Shown piece after piece: positions 63,546 through 64,000 of a stretch of 64,000 nt of DNA. A program made the translations under genes and the position numbers. The DNA comes from Balamuthia mandrillaris (taxonomy: Eukaryota): assembly GCA_031835245.2 (NCBI GenBank), contig JAVKOQ020000005.1, positions 310,001 to 374,000 on the forward strand, read 5' to 3'. A model generated the notes under the pieces. It did no database searches and was not told where the DNA came from. It was given only the letters and a program-made list of their open reading frames with translations. The first letter of the stretch is position 1. Every line of letters begins with the position of its first letter.

Positions 63546-64000
63546 CCTTGCCCTGCTTCTCCGTCGCCTTTGCGGCAACAAAGATGTTTTTGTGGGGCGA
63601 AACGACACCAATTGTCGACGAAAAACTGCATCCCTTCTCCGACAGCCTCACCTCCTCCGAAGAAGCAGCGCAAGACAGCCACAATGTAGGCATTCCACCG
63701 TTCGAATGTCCTGGCTCTGCCGGTACCCAATGCAACTGTTTACGAAAGCAGGGCAGAGAGAGAGAGAGCAAGGTTTTGTGGACTTCTTGTGGGGTTTCAT
63801 GCACTCATTGATCGTGGTGGCAATGGCAAGCAGTACAACGGAGAGGGCAGCAGGTCGGTTATCTTAAGGATGAAGCACAAGTTTCTATTGAGCGAGAGAG
63901 AGAGAGAGAGAACAAGATAAGAAAGCAAAGAGAATTGTTGCCGCAGCTCACTCCACACCGCACAACTAACAACACAAAAAACATTTTTTTTTTAAAAAAA

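Overview
This is gene-dense, intron-rich eukaryotic nuclear DNA, not prokaryotic. Genes have short GT-AG introns, many filled with pyrimidine microsatellites. The 5S rRNA closely resembles the Acanthamoeba 5S as I recall it, so the organism is probably a free-living amoebozoan such as Balamuthia (inference). About 23 protein genes are visible. Housekeeping and recognisable genes: TBC Rab-GAP, V-ATPase F, RPL18A, PCF11, FKBP-TPR, PH-RhoGAP, TELO2, pyrophosphatase, RTF2, WASH1, THOC2, UNC50, RPS11, HAUS5. There are also several unusual multidomain or uncharacterised proteins and one solitary 5S rRNA gene. Most notable: (1) a sphingomyelinase-like EEP domain fused through two TM helices to an apparently catalytically dead long-chain acyl-CoA synthetase; (2) a ~1.07-kb polyadenylated retroposed element with a 13-bp TSD at a TTTT/AA site, ~105 bp downstream of the 5S gene, with a structured 5' region; (3) an inverted ~100-bp copy of a THOC2 exon segment inside a downstream THOC2 intron; (4) a TM-DEP-split PH(DEP)-Sec14 protein; (5) an intronless degenerate SET-domain gene; (6) two recurrent promoter motifs, CTAATAG and GTCGAC/TGACGTCA. 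Gene boundaries were spliced by eye. Family calls come from remembered motifs, not database searches.
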